A stretch of DNA of 64,000 nt. Origin: Eledone cirrhosa (Eukaryota). The stretch's first letter is position 1, and every line of letters starts with the position of its first letter. The stretch covers positions 46,872,001-46,936,000 of the forward strand of contig OZ024744.1 in assembly GCA_964016885.1 (NCBI GenBank), read 5' to 3'. Of the stretch, positions 1-12,584 are shown in pieces. Made by a program: the position numbers and the translations under genes. A model generated the notes under the pieces. It ran no database searches. It was not told the origin of the DNA and saw nothing but the letters and a program-made list of their open reading frames with translations.

Positions 1-363
1 ATACACCCCAACACACTACCCCTACTCCATTCTCCCACTCCCACCAACAGCACCCTTTCTCTGTAAAGCTATGTTGGTACCAGAACATCCCATCCAAACT
101 AAAGTAGTCATGCAGGTGTCATGACAAAATAACACCCAGTCCACACTGTAAAGTGGTCATTTGGGATACACGGTAAAAAGGTTCCCAGTCCATACTGTAA
201 ATGTGGTTGGTGTAAGGAAGGGCATCCAGCCATAGAAAACCTACCAGATACAGTCCTATACAAGCGAGACACGGTCACCCAATCAATCTTACCACAAGTG
301 GGACAATTCCTGTTTAACCTCTCCTAGCATGGAAGATAGACATTAAACGATGATGATGATGAT
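1..363 (+). mobile_element. 3' UTR and (GAT)n tail of RTE-clade LINE (family A)
   Basis: Matches the reverse complement of the 3' UTRs at 16541-16900 and 58850-59230; GGAAGGGCATCCAGC stem-loop; ends ttaaacgatgatgatgat. Confidence 0.8.
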
Positions 364-377
364 ATGTATATGTATAT

Positions 378-719
378 CATCATTTCATCATTTCATTTTA
401 TGTCCGCTTTTTCCCTGCTTGCAAGGGTGGGACGGGAACTGATTCTGGTTTGATTTCTACAGCTGGATGCCCTTCCTAACGCCAACCTCATTTACAGTGT
501 GGGCTGGGTGCTTTTTTGCCGTGGCCCCTCTACGACCACTTTGCAGTGGAATGATATGGACCCACTCCCTATCATCTTATTTCTACAGCTGAGTAAACTG
601 GAGCAATGTGAAATAAAGTGTGTTGCTCAAGGAAACAACACATCACCCGGTCTGAGAATTGAACTCACAACCTTTCGATTACAAGGCCAATGCTCTAACC
701 ACTAAGCCATGTGCCTCCA
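378..719 (-). mobile_element. tRNA-derived SINE with CORE-like body and RTE-type 3' tail
   Basis: Minus strand: A box TGGCTTAGTGG, B box GAGTTCAATTC, CORE-like TTCCTTGAGCAACACACTT, tail similar to the 3' end of the RTE at 22755-22800; second copy at 35657-35988. Confidence 0.8.
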
Positions 720-720
720 T

Positions 721-770
<50 letters not shown>

Positions 771-848
771 TTAATGGTAGCTATGATGCTTCCATAGGCG
801 GTATGCCAGTTCAGCACTCTATGTTCTTACAGAGCAGAGTGTGATATA

Positions 849-952
849 ATATAAAACGAAAAATCAGTGATGCATCTGGACTCAGTTTATTATACCGGCG
901 AAACAATTGTAACACATAATAAACTGAGCCTAGATGCATCACTGATTTTTCG

Positions 953-960
<8 letters not shown>
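849..960. repeat. Fold-back inverted repeat (~45-bp arms) enclosing a hammerhead 3' half
   Basis: atataaaacgaaaaatcagtgatgcatc... pairs with ...gatgcatcactgatttttcgttttatat; loop contains GAAA-caattg-TA (900-911). Confidence 0.8.
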
Positions 961-986
<26 letters not shown>

Positions 987-1029
987 GGTGCAAATATGCG
1001 ATAATGAATGTGTCTAAAAACGTCCATAA

Positions 1030-1171
1030 GTATGTATATATATGTGAAAATGTATATAAATAAGTAAATATATATATATGTTTGATGTGTATAGTTAGAT
1101 GTAAGTGTATTCATGTATTAAAGTGCTTATATATATGTATATATATATGTGTATGTATGTGTATATATGTA

Positions 1172-1268
<97 letters not shown>

Positions 1269-1560
1269 ATATGTATATATGTGTATATGTATGTATATAT
1301 GTGTATATAGATGTGTATGTATGTGTATGTGTGTACACATGGACTAGAGTAAGTATGTATATATGTGTGTGTCTATACGTGTGTATATAAAGATAAGTTG
1401 AGTATGAAAATGTATACACACGAGCGCGTAAGTATGTACATGAATGCATGTGTGTATATATATGTGTATGCATGTGTATATATATGTAAGTATGAATATG
1501 TGAATTGTGAGTATATGTATTTTGTAGAGGTGTGCAAATATATTTGTGTGTGAATGCGTG
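1030..1560. repeat. (TA)n/(TG)n low-complexity microsatellite
   Basis: Direct inspection; source of spurious YIYI ORFs. Confidence 0.95.
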
Positions 1561-1852
1561 GGTGAAAGGATACGTACACTTGAAAGAAAAATTTAAGTCT
1601 GAATGTTAATTAAGTGCAAACACAAAACCAACCACGCATATCTTTACTATCTCTAATCCTTCTATAAATTTAGAAAAATAACCAATAATATATTCTATAA
1701 AAAATGTCAAAACAACAGATGGGAATCTAATTACTCACTGTCACCAAGAATTCTCACTCCTATCGAAAAACCACTCCTTCAACTATTCTTCTAACAACTT
1801 CACCCCTCCCTCCTAATATTCTCTATAAAAACTAAATAGGTCCTCAGTAATA

Positions 1853-1972
1853 TTATTCTGATGAAATGACAGTAAATAATAACATTGAAATATTGAATGT
1901 CTGCATAACTAAAAGTTTGTAGATAGCAGCTCTTTTAGGTTATGTAACTGTTATAGAAACACGTGTCAATAA
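1853..1972 (+). ncRNA. Minimal type-I hammerhead ribozyme with long stem II insertion
   Basis: ttatt-CTGATGA-a-atgacagt...actgttat-a-GAAA-cacgtg-TC-aataa; stem I ttatt/aataa; palindromic stem III. Confidence 0.65.
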
Positions 1973-2109
1973 ATTCCTTTCAACTAAACTGTATCCATTC
2001 AAATCTTTCTATATATATATATAGATATGCATATGAACCCTCACACACACATATATTTATAAATGTGTATACAAACACACATATATATATATATAGGGAA
2101 GTCATACAT

Positions 2110-2860
2110 CCTATTATGTGTTCAATTCTCAGTTAGGGAGGTACATTGTGTCCTTAAACAAGACACATCATTCCACATGTCTCTAATCTCCACAGCTGAA
2201 AATGACAAGTAGCAGCTTTAGTTGGAGGTTTAGCATGAATTGGATCATTCTCTGTCTCCAACATTTTCACTTCGGCCACAAACTCTGGATTTACTACCTG
2301 CAATAGAGAGAAGAGGGAGATAGTTAAATACTGGGGCCTGACTCACCACTTCCTCTTTGTCCCCACACTGCTGATTTCCTTCTCAAAATTAGAAAGACAG
2401 CAGCCCACTTGAGGAAGGAGTCCCATGAGATAGGGTGGATGTTGCAGTGGGTGTTTCTGGCAATTCTCTGTGGTAACACCTTTGCCATTTTGTAGGTTGG
2501 GACACAGCTCAGACTGGAATTTAACCTCTGTCCCTCTCCCATTATTTTCGGGCGGTGGATTGGCAGTATCAGTAGAGGGTCGGACGCCATGCTTTCCAGC
2601 ATAGTTACGTCCCTTTACGATCTGAGTTCAAATCCCGCCGAGGTTGACTTAGCCTTTCATCCTTACGGGGTCGATAAAATAAAGTACCAGCAATGCACTG
2701 GGTAATTGCTGGCCTTGTGCCTAAAGCAGAGACAATTATTTTCGTTGCTTGATTCGTTTTTTTTTCCATTACTTAAATATTTTATTACCTTTAATAATGT
2801 GTTTTGTTTTAATATGAACAGTTATGTAAAATAATGTTATTTATACAAATCGGAAAAAAG
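2110..2860 (+). repeat. Composite block duplicated at ~5875-6600 (SINE remnants plus AT-rich block)
   Basis: Colinear similarity between the two intervals flanking the RTE at 3027-5872. Confidence 0.8.
2550..2740 (+). mobile_element. tRNA-derived SINE, family 2 (GCCTTTCATCC...GGTCGATAAAATAAAGTACCAG body)
   Basis: B box GAGTTCAAATCC plus conserved body; many copies in the window. Confidence 0.75.
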
Positions 2861-2953
2861 ACGACCAATCTTGCCTCAAGTGGGACAATTTCTGTTTAAA
2901 CCCATGCTAGCGTGGAAGATAGACGTTAAACGATGATGATGATGATGATGATG

Positions 2954-2994
<41 letters not shown>

Positions 2995-3026
2995 ATATAT
3001 ATATATATATATTCATGAGAGTAGGT

Positions 3027-5872
3027 GGAGGGCTGTGTGGGTATAAATAATGCTATAAACCTCTCTGGGTGGGAAATGACAAAGGGCTGGATGGAGTAAG
3101 AATTATGTTAGCAGAGAAATGGGTAGATAAGGTAATTGCTATAAATAGAGTGAACGACAGAATAATTAAAATAAGACTAGTTATAAATAGAACAACTATG
3201 ACAATAATATCTACCTATGCACCCCAATCTGGTCTACCTGACGTTATAAAAGACATGTTCTATGATTTGCTAATGCTCACTTCCTCCCAAATAACAGACA
3301 GTGACTGCATAATTATTGCTGGTGACCTAAATGGTCACATTGGACAACGTTGTGATGGCTATGATGGAATCCATGGAGGCTATGGGTTTGGTACTAGAAA
3401 TGAGGAAGGCTCCAGAATCCTGGAATTCTGTGACGCAAATAACCTAACTATCTGTAACACAAACTTCAAAAAACGAGACAACCACTTGATCACCTGTAGA
3501 TCAGGGGAACATACCAGCCAGATATACGATATCCTGACTAGAAGATGTGTGTGACAGAGTGTCTGTTGTAAACACTAAGTCCCTCCCCTGTGAAGAATGC
3601 ACCTCCCAACATAGCCTAGTAGTTAGTGACCTCACAGTCAGGACTAGACGTACTCGACGACAGAGGAGGACTACCTTGAGGAGAAGATGGAAGTTGAAGG
3701 ACCTCACAGCCAGTAATAAATTTAAAAGCATATTATTAGTTAATGCTTTTGACAGTAAAGAGGTGCAATTAGAGACATACAATATAGAGGAACAGTGGGA
3801 ATTCTTGAAAGTTAACCTGCTGAAGGCGACAGATGAAATCTGTTGCTGGAGCAGACCTATAGGCAGGAGGAGAGTAACTTGGAGGTGGAGGAGACAATCA
3901 GGCTTGGAAAGTATTGTGGGATGGGGAAAGTAGAGAACACTATTAGGTGGCGAGGAGACAATAGTACTTTGCAAGAAGGGAAGCAGAGAATAGAAAGTTC
4001 AAGCATGTTCTACAATGTGAGGTGTTCAGGATCGCAAAACAATGTGTCAAGGAAAACTGTGATATTGTCAGGGAGAAGTGTGTCCGTAATGATGATGGTG
4101 TACTTGCCCTCACTGATACTGATAAGAAGGTAGCTTGGAAGTGTCACTACGAGAGGCTACTAAATGAGGAGAATAAATCGGAAAAAGATAGTCTGCCCCA
4201 AATCGATCCAATAGAGGGACCAGCGGTGCAAGTTAATGGTAGTATAGTAAGTAAGGCAATCAAAGATATGAAGACAGGCAAGGCAGCTGGGCCTTTGGAA
4301 ATAGTTGTTGAGATGTTGAAAGCATCTGGAATGGTGGAACATACTATGGACACCCAGATAGTAAACCAAGTAATACAGAATGGGGTCATACCAGATGACT
4401 GGCGTAGCAGCATCATCGTTAACTGCTACAAGGGTAAAGGAGATGCCCTAGATAGGGGAAAATATAGAGGCATTAAGGTAGTTGACCAGGTCATGAAGGT
4501 CACAGAAAGAGTTATAGCACAACTAATCAGAGACTGAATTGATCTAGATGAAATGCAGTTTGGGTTGGTGTCAGGTAAAAGTACCACAGATGCTTTTTTC
4601 CTTGTAGGACATCTATAGGAGAAGTACCTAGCTAAAAGTAAACCCCTCTACTTAGCTTTCCTTGATTTGGGGAAATCCTTTGACAGAGTCACCCGCTCCA
4701 TTATCTGGTGGGCCTTTGCAAATGTAGGAGTAGATGAATGGCTCCTATTTAATATTGCCCTTCAGGCTATAACAGAGGAGTTCAAGACCATCTGTCCATG
4801 GGAACTTCTATATGCAGATGATGTAACTCTCATAGCTGAATGTATGGCTGAACTAGAGAAGAAATTCCTAACATGGAAGCATGGCCTAGAATCAAAAGGC
4901 CTTAAAGTTAACTTGTCTAAGACTAAAGGTCTAGTATGTAGAAAAGAAATTAGGGCATTGGTGCCATGCACAGTGTGTAGGAAATGAGTAGGTAGAAATT
5001 CAATTCTATGCCCCAAATGCAAACTATGGGAACATAAAAGATGTAATGAGATCACAGGTAAGCTATCTAAGAATGTAGATTTTATATGTGGCCGATGCTC
5101 ATGTGAAATAAGCAGCAAGTACCCACAGGATACTAACACCTTCTACTGCCCAGATGGTTCTATAGAAATAGTGGACACTTTCCGTTCCGTGGGTGACAAA
5201 ATCGGCCGTGGTGGAGGGTACTCTGAAAGTGTAGTAGCCAGAGTTAGAACGGGATGGGAAAATCTCAGAGAGCTAATACCGCTGCTAGACACAAAAAGTT
5301 TCTCTCTAAAAATGAAAGGCAGGCTGTATGATGCGTGCATACGAACAGCAATGTTGCATGGCAGTGAGACATGGGCATTGTGTGCAGAGGACCTGCACAG
5401 ATTGGAAAGGAATGAAGCATGCATGCACCTTTGGACGTGTAATTGTAATATACATAAACGGCAAAACATAAACGAACTAAGTGAGAAATTAGGAATAAGA
5501 GGTATCAGATGCTGTTTACTTGAGAGATATATGATATGAGAGATATATGATATTGAGAGATATGTTGATATGGTCATGTGATGCGCATGAAAGATGACAG
5601 CTTTATAAAAAAGTGCAGAGTGATCAAAATTGATGGAAGTTATGGAGTAGGTAGACCCAGAAAAACATGGGATGACATAAAATCCAACCTTGCACACTTA
5701 AACCTCTCTAAGACAATGTCACTGGATCGAAATCTATGGCACCACACAGTAACAGAGAAGACTTGCCTTCCCTATGTTCAAAGTTAACCTACAGTCAGTA
5801 GGCCCCCTCCTAACCAAATATACACCCAACCCACAACCCCTACTCCATCCACCCACTCCCACCAACACCACT
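3027..5872 (+). mobile_element. Degenerate RTE-clade LINE (family A): APE endonuclease + RT, frameshifted, internal deletion near 4742
   Basis: ORFs 3069-3554 (YAPQ, GDLNGH), 4022-4537, 4667-4987 (LYADD), 5171-5539 and 5578-5787 (GRPRKTW); ~40 aa missing between DEWL and LLFNI relative to the 17642-18598 copy. Confidence 0.92.
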
Positions 5873-6290
5873 ATCATGTTTTCAATTGTCAGTTAGAGAG
5901 GTACATTGTGTCCTTAAGCAAGAAACATCATTCCACATGTCTCTAATCTCCACAGCTGAAAAAGACAAGTATCAGCTTTAGTTGGAGGTTTAGCATGGGT
6001 TGGGTCATTCTCTGCCTCCAACATTTTCCCTGCAGCCACAAACCCAGGCTTTACTACCTGCAATAGACAGAAGAGGGAGATAGTTAAATACTGGGGCCTG
6101 ACTCACCACTTCCTCTTTGTCCTGATTTCCTTCTCAAAATTAGAAAGACAGCAGCCCACTTGAGGAAGGATGTTGCAGTTGGGATCTCTGGCTATTCTCT
6201 GTGGTAACACCTTTGCCATTTTGTCTGTAGGGTGAGGCTGAATCACAGCTCAGACTGAAATATAAAGTCTGTCCCTCTCCCATTATTTTT

Positions 6291-6478
6291 GTTGGATTGG
6301 CAGTATCGGTAGAGGGCGACGCCATAATTTGACGTATAGAGTTACCTCCCTTTATTATCTGAGTTCAAATCCCGCCAGGGTTAACTTTGCCTTTCATCCT
6401 TACGAGGTCGATAAAATAAAGTACCAGTAATACACTGGGATAACTGTTGGCCTTGTGCCAAAAGTAGAAACAATTATT
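6291..6478 (+). mobile_element. tRNA-derived SINE family 2
   Basis: Homologous to 2550-2740. Confidence 0.75.
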
Positions 6479-6631
6479 TTCGTTGTTTGGTTCGGTTTTT
6501 TTTTTCCATTACTTAAATATTTTATTACCTTTAATAATGTGTTTTGGTTTAATATGAACAGTTATATAAAATTAATAACGTTATTTATTCAAATCGGAAT
6601 AAAGTACTAGCATATCTATTGAACGTATGAT

Positions 6632-7115
6632 TCTAAACTATAATAAAAGAAGGAGCGCCGGACTGCGTACGGTTTATAATTTTTTATCCCATTAGTAAAA
6701 TAATTTGGATTACTTTGAATAAATAATGAATGAATATTACATAATATATTTACTAAATTTCGTGGCTGTTGATTAAATATATTTTGTTTTTTTAAAGATT
6801 CACTTCTTAAAAATTTCTGAAATGTCAACACTTCCGGTTAGGCATCGCTTAAATAAACATTAATATATTTCCGTCACTAATTTTCTCCTAATGCAGTTTA
6901 TATATAATATCGTCTTTTTTAATGTATCATGGATTACGTTACTGATTACATAAGACAGTGTAACGCAGTCTTCGTTCAATTTCTGTGTATTATATATTGT
7001 CAATTTGATTTTATTTGATGTATCATATCTACATGTATATATATACTTGTGTATAATATCAATATACACACTACACATGCTAGCAGAAAACCACTCGAAG
7101 GTGGTTTTCTGCTAT
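6632..7115 (+). mobile_element. Non-autonomous Helitron-like element
   Basis: 5' TCTAAACTATAATAAA; 3' hairpin accac-tcgaag-gtggt followed by CTA(T); absent from paralogous sites (e.g. ~13550-13580); copies at a different site at 41216, 51808 and 58531(-). Confidence 0.55.
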
Positions 7116-7120
7116 TTCAT

Positions 7121-7195
7121 ATAACGGAAGTTGTTTCTGAATGTATTAAATTATGTAGGGGACTTTTAAGTCATGTCACCAGTGTCAACTAGACA
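7121..7195 (+). promoter_or_regulatory. Conserved block with ETS-like CGGAAGT motif, putative ZNF promoter region
   Basis: ataacggaagttgtttctgaatgtattaaattatgtaggggac recurs at ~7597, 13575, 43220, 44278, 44560 and inverted at ~61560-61875, upstream of ZNF units. Confidence 0.3.
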
Positions 7196-7407
7196 GTGGA
7201 AAGTTATCTACAATGGCTCCATCGTTACAACTTATATCCGCATTCATGTTTAACAAAATACTTCTTTACATTTCCATTATTTAAATATGTTATTACATTC
7301 AATAATCTGTTTTGTTTTTATATGAACAGCTATGTAAAATTAATAATGTTATTTATACAAATCTGAATAAAGAACTAACATATTGATTGAAGGTGTGAAG
7401 TAATATA

Positions 7408-7590
7408 ACTGTTTCTACTTTTGGCACAAGGCCAGCAATTATCCAGTGTATTACTGGTACTTTATTTTATCGACCCCATAAGGATGAAAAGCAAAGTTAA
7501 CCTCGGCGGAATTTGAACTCAGAGTGGCAAGGGCCGTAACTCTATGCGTCAAAGCAGGGCGTCCGACCCTCTACCGATACTGCCAATCCA
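7408..7590 (-). mobile_element. tRNA-derived SINE family 2
   Basis: Reverse complement of 2550-2740. Confidence 0.75.
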
Positions 7591-7862
7591 AGTAATATAA
7601 CGGAAGTTGTTTCTGAATGTATTAAATTATGTAGGGGACTTTGAAATCATGACACCGGTGTCAACTAGATAGAGAGATATTAACATTCATTTCTGCTCCA
7701 TTGTTACAACTTAAACCTCATCTAATTTTATCTTTTATGGTGATTATTTCATATTAAGGTGAACGTTAATGTTTGTAAATAACTTAAGGTGACTTATTTA
7801 CCTTATAGTTGTTTTATCACCTGTATTATTAAATATTGAAGTGGTTGTTCAACATTTTACAG

Positions 7863-7951
7863 GACAGGAAAATATTATTTTAATCATAAATCAGTGAACA
7901 TTTAGTTTTTACTAACTTTTCTTGACTTTATATTTGGTCTTGAAAACTAAA
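7863..7951 (+). other. Putative non-coding 5'-UTR exon of the ZNF gene
   Basis: ttttacAG|gacagg...ctaaa|GTACGT; both splice signals retained in paralogues at ~39733, ~44828, ~54039 and ~61291-61378(-). Confidence 0.45.
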
Positions 7952-8494
7952 GTACGTATTATTTCGTTTTCCACCACAACACAAACATTGTGAACTTTTC
8001 TATCTGAAGTGAAATATCTTGAATTATTACAACACTATTTTATTATACATTTCATTGTTTACAGAATGAAAATATAAACACCTATAATACAATTAATGCT
8101 TCATAGTTGCACAAACAACATTACAAATCGATTGCAATTCCTTCAGAATGAAAATATAAACGGAACATATAAATAAATTTACATTAGAATAACATAACAA
8201 ATATGTTTTAAATATATACATAAACTTACACACATATTTCTACACACACACACACGTCTATTTATTTCTCTCTCTCATACCTACACACTGTATGTCTGTA
8301 TATGTATGTATATATATTAACCTTCATCTTTTGAAATGATGGATATTAATTCATTTGTCACCTGAACTGTCCTCAATAACAAGAACCTTAACTATAGAAG
8401 ACTTATTCGTCTGTTTTATGAGCTGAGGATTTTATTGTGAATAGAGCTTCTCTCACTTTAACAAAAATAATAGTGGAATATTCCACAATAATCA

Positions 8495-8558
<64 letters not shown>

Positions 8559-8607
8559 CAGTTGTTTTTCTTCATCCAAGATCTGTCTTATTACTTGTAC
8601 CAACTAA

Positions 8608-8870
8608 ATGCTGGGAAATCTTTTTCTCAAAGTTTGCATCTTGAAAAACACAAAAGAATACACACTGGTGAAAGCCAGAAAATCTTTTTCTAGTAATTCT
8701 ATTCTTGTACAGCACAAAAGAATACACACAGGAGAAAGGCCTTATTCATGTGAAATATGTGGGAAATATTTTTCTCAAGGTTCGCATCTTGTAAAACACA
8801 AAAGAATACAAACTGGAGAAAAACCTTATTCATGTGAAATATGTGGGAAATCTTTCTCTCAGAATTCGAC
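8608..8870 (+). pseudogene. C2H2 zinc-finger fragment lacking the N-terminus
   Basis: [14 protein letters not shown] repeats; rearranged junctions at both ends. Confidence 0.85.
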
Positions 8871-9068
8871 ACTGTATGTCTGTATATATATTAACTTTCA
8901 TCTTTTGTAATTATGGATATTAATTCTCTTGTCAGCTGAAATGTCCTCAATAACAAGAACCTTAACTATAGATGATTTTTTCGTCTGTTTTATGTGTTGA
9001 GGATTTTATTGTGAATAGAGCTTCTCTCACCTTAACAAAAATAATAGTGGTATATTCCAAAATAATCA

Positions 9069-9146
<78 letters not shown>

Positions 9147-9212
9147 GGTTTGAGGTTCACCACTGGATAGAGCTGGTCAATTCCGTATTTATATTCACTT
9201 ATTATATTTCGA

Positions 9213-9270
9213 ATACCTGATGATATCACCGGATTCATACGGAACCCGGTCATTGAAATGATCATAGTAT
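9213..9270 (+). ncRNA. Minimal type-I hammerhead ribozyme
   Basis: atac-CTGATGA-t-atcaccgg...ccggtcat-t-GAAA-tgatca-TA-gtat followed by AATAAA. Confidence 0.7.
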
Positions 9271-9572
9271 AATAAACCTTTCACGGATTTACACAAATCC
9301 AGCCTCCTGTCATTTCATTATAATATTATATATATATATAGGCACTTGCCTTTTCTTCATCCAAGATCAGTCTTACGCTGACATATGTCGTATTACACGT
9401 ACCAACTAAATGCTACATTACAACTTTGTAGAAGAAGAAAGCCAAGTTCTGCAGTCTTTTATGGACAGTCTGTATATTAGACTACATGGCATCATATTAA
9501 CGATATCTACATTTCTTAATGTATAAGTAAAATTGGTGAGAATCCTTTATGTAAAGATCACTAGCTAGAAAT

Positions 9573-10251
<679 letters not shown>

Positions 10252-10349
10252 ACCCCATCACTGTGAAATGTGAAACACACAGATATACAGACACACTCTG
10301 GAAGGAAGAATATACAATGTGAAGCTTGAAAAATCCTTATCTTATACTT

Positions 10350-10830
10350 ATCATCATCATCATCATCACCGTTTTACGACCATTCTTCCATGCTAGCATA
10401 ATGTAGACGGGTTGTCCTGTGGTGACAATGCCAGGTTGGGTGACCTTGTCTTGTTCATATGGAAACTGATTTTGGCTTGATTTCTACAGCTTGATGTCCT
10501 TCCTAACACAAAATCTCATATACTGTGAGTGCTAGGTGCTTTTTTTACCATGGTGTCTACACAACCAATTTACAGTGGGCTGGGCGATTTTTTGTTGACC
10601 ACTTTTCAGTGGGTGGGGATGGTGACATATATAGGCTTCGGCTTGTAGTATGTGAATTCGGGTCTTGCATGATGCCAGAGGGCACCGTCCTGCGTCATCG
10701 TCTTTGAGAGGTGCAATTGGGCAAGGTAGGCTTTTATCACCTCATTCCGAGTCATCCTGGATCTCCCCACGCCATGGATTCCAGCGTCTTTTAGTGCTCT
10801 GCACCTTTTAATGCAGCTGTCATCCTTCAT
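10350..10830 (-). mobile_element. RTE LINE 3' fragment with (GAT)n tail
   Basis: ORF MKDDSCIKRCR...GVGRSR; paralogue at 55340-55850. Confidence 0.75.
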
Positions 10831-12189
10831 CTATATATATATATATATACTCTATCAAATGGAAGAAGTATGCTGCCATATATTGAAGATTACTACAATA
10901 ACTAGGGAGTGGAGGACAAGATATACCAGACATTCCTACCGAAGAATGGATGACCAGATGAGCTGGCTCCTGTGGTGGATATCTAAACATAGTAAGACCC
11001 TAGTGGGATGACTGAAAATTACCTACATAGATCAGATGTCTAGGAATGTTCAGCTGGGGATTAATGATTTCAAGAAAGCCACGAAATAAAATATATTAAT
11101 GAACATTTATTATGGTGAAATATGTTGGAAATTATTCTCAGGTTTTGTATTGTAATCCCTGTAGAAAGTTCTACTTCATATTTGTCATTAAGGTTTCTTA
11201 TAGAGACACAATCTTATTTTATTGGTGAGGGTGGTGGATTGGCAGAATCTGTAGAGTGTCAGACAACATTCTTTGTGTCATATAGTTACAGCCCCTAATG
11301 TTCTGGGTTTAAAAAAGTACCAGTAATGCACTGTGTCGATTTAATTAGCATTCCTCTTTCTCTTCCAATCGCTGGGGTTGATTTAAAAGTAGAAACAGTT
11401 ATTTAAAGTCTATAAAACAATGGATGGAATGCTTTCTGCCATATTTGTTCTGGTTCACTGCTCTCTGAGTTTAAACCCTGCTGAGGTCAACTTTGCCTTT
11501 CATCCATTCAAGGTGGATAAAAAAAAAGTACCAGCCTACCATAGGGGTCTGTTCTTCCTCTCTATATATCTTTCTCACTTTCTCTTTCTCATTCTCTCTC
11601 CTTCTCTGGAAGAAATCACCTGTTCTAACCTGGCGAGTGAGGGGCTCCACCAAGCTTCAAATGTCCACAGTGACACCCCTATGACTCCATCCGTCCAAGA
11701 AAAACAAAACAAGATTCATGTGTTTATATGTGTTATTTTACAAACACTATCTGGTTTATGTTTATATTTATGACAAAATATCCACATTTATGTGTAAATA
11801 AAAACAATTTTATAACTTTAATATTTGTTGATGGTACTTTCATGACAGTTGAAATTTTTTTAGAAATAATTCACATTTGAAAATACTTTACAATTTTCTT
11901 CTCTTGCCAAACAAAGGTTTGGTAGGACCCTTCAGTTCTGTCAAAGACAGGACAAACTCTTTAGTACTGGTGCCATAATAAAATACACTCAGTAGAATGT
12001 GGGACCATATGTAAGAGAGATGTGGTCTCCCACTGCACCCTGGTTTGTAAAAACCTGTCCCACCCTTGCTAGCAAGGAAAGTAGACATTAAATGATGATC
12101 TATGATGTCATTGGTGCCAAGCTGTTTCAGCTATTCCCTTGGACAACATTATATATAATCTGTATGTAGTATATATATAGTTTGTATAT

Positions 12190-12467
12190 TGTCTATATGT
12201 AGCATATACTCTATATATGCAGTGTTTATATATAGTGTATATATTGTGTATATGGAGCACGTACATTATATACATATTATTTATATATATATATAGTGTA
12301 TATATTGTGTATATGTAGCACATACACTATATACATAGTATTTATATATATATAATGCACTGGGTAATTGATGGCCTTGTGCCTAAAGTAGAAACAAGTA
12401 TTTATATATATATATATATATATAGTGTATATATTGTGTATATGTAGCACGTACACTATATACATAG

Positions 12468-12504
<37 letters not shown>

Positions 12505-12580
12505 TATATATTGTGTATATGTAACACGTACACTATATACATAGTATTTATATGTATATATATATAGTGTATATATTGTG
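12190..12580. repeat. ~55-bp AT-rich minisatellite
   Basis: gtagcacatacactatatacatagtatttat...agtgtatatattgtgtatat units; paralogous arrays at ~25490, 30967, 42650 and 57200. Confidence 0.8.
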
Positions 12581-12584
12581 TATC

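Noticed and set aside
645-719. tRNA gene
   Set aside because: A/B boxes are present but continue into a SINE body and tail; this is a SINE head, not a tRNA gene.
1082-1579. ORFs rich in YIYI/CVCV (also at ~9000, 12100, 31200, 38050, 57300, 62100)
   Set aside because: Translations of (TA)n/(TG)n/(CT)n microsatellites, not proteins.
2324-2602. Recurrent ORF MAKVLPQRIAR... (also 6140, 13122, 31972)
   Set aside because: Recurrence is explained by repeat/segmental duplication; the frame is not preserved and no domain is recognisable.
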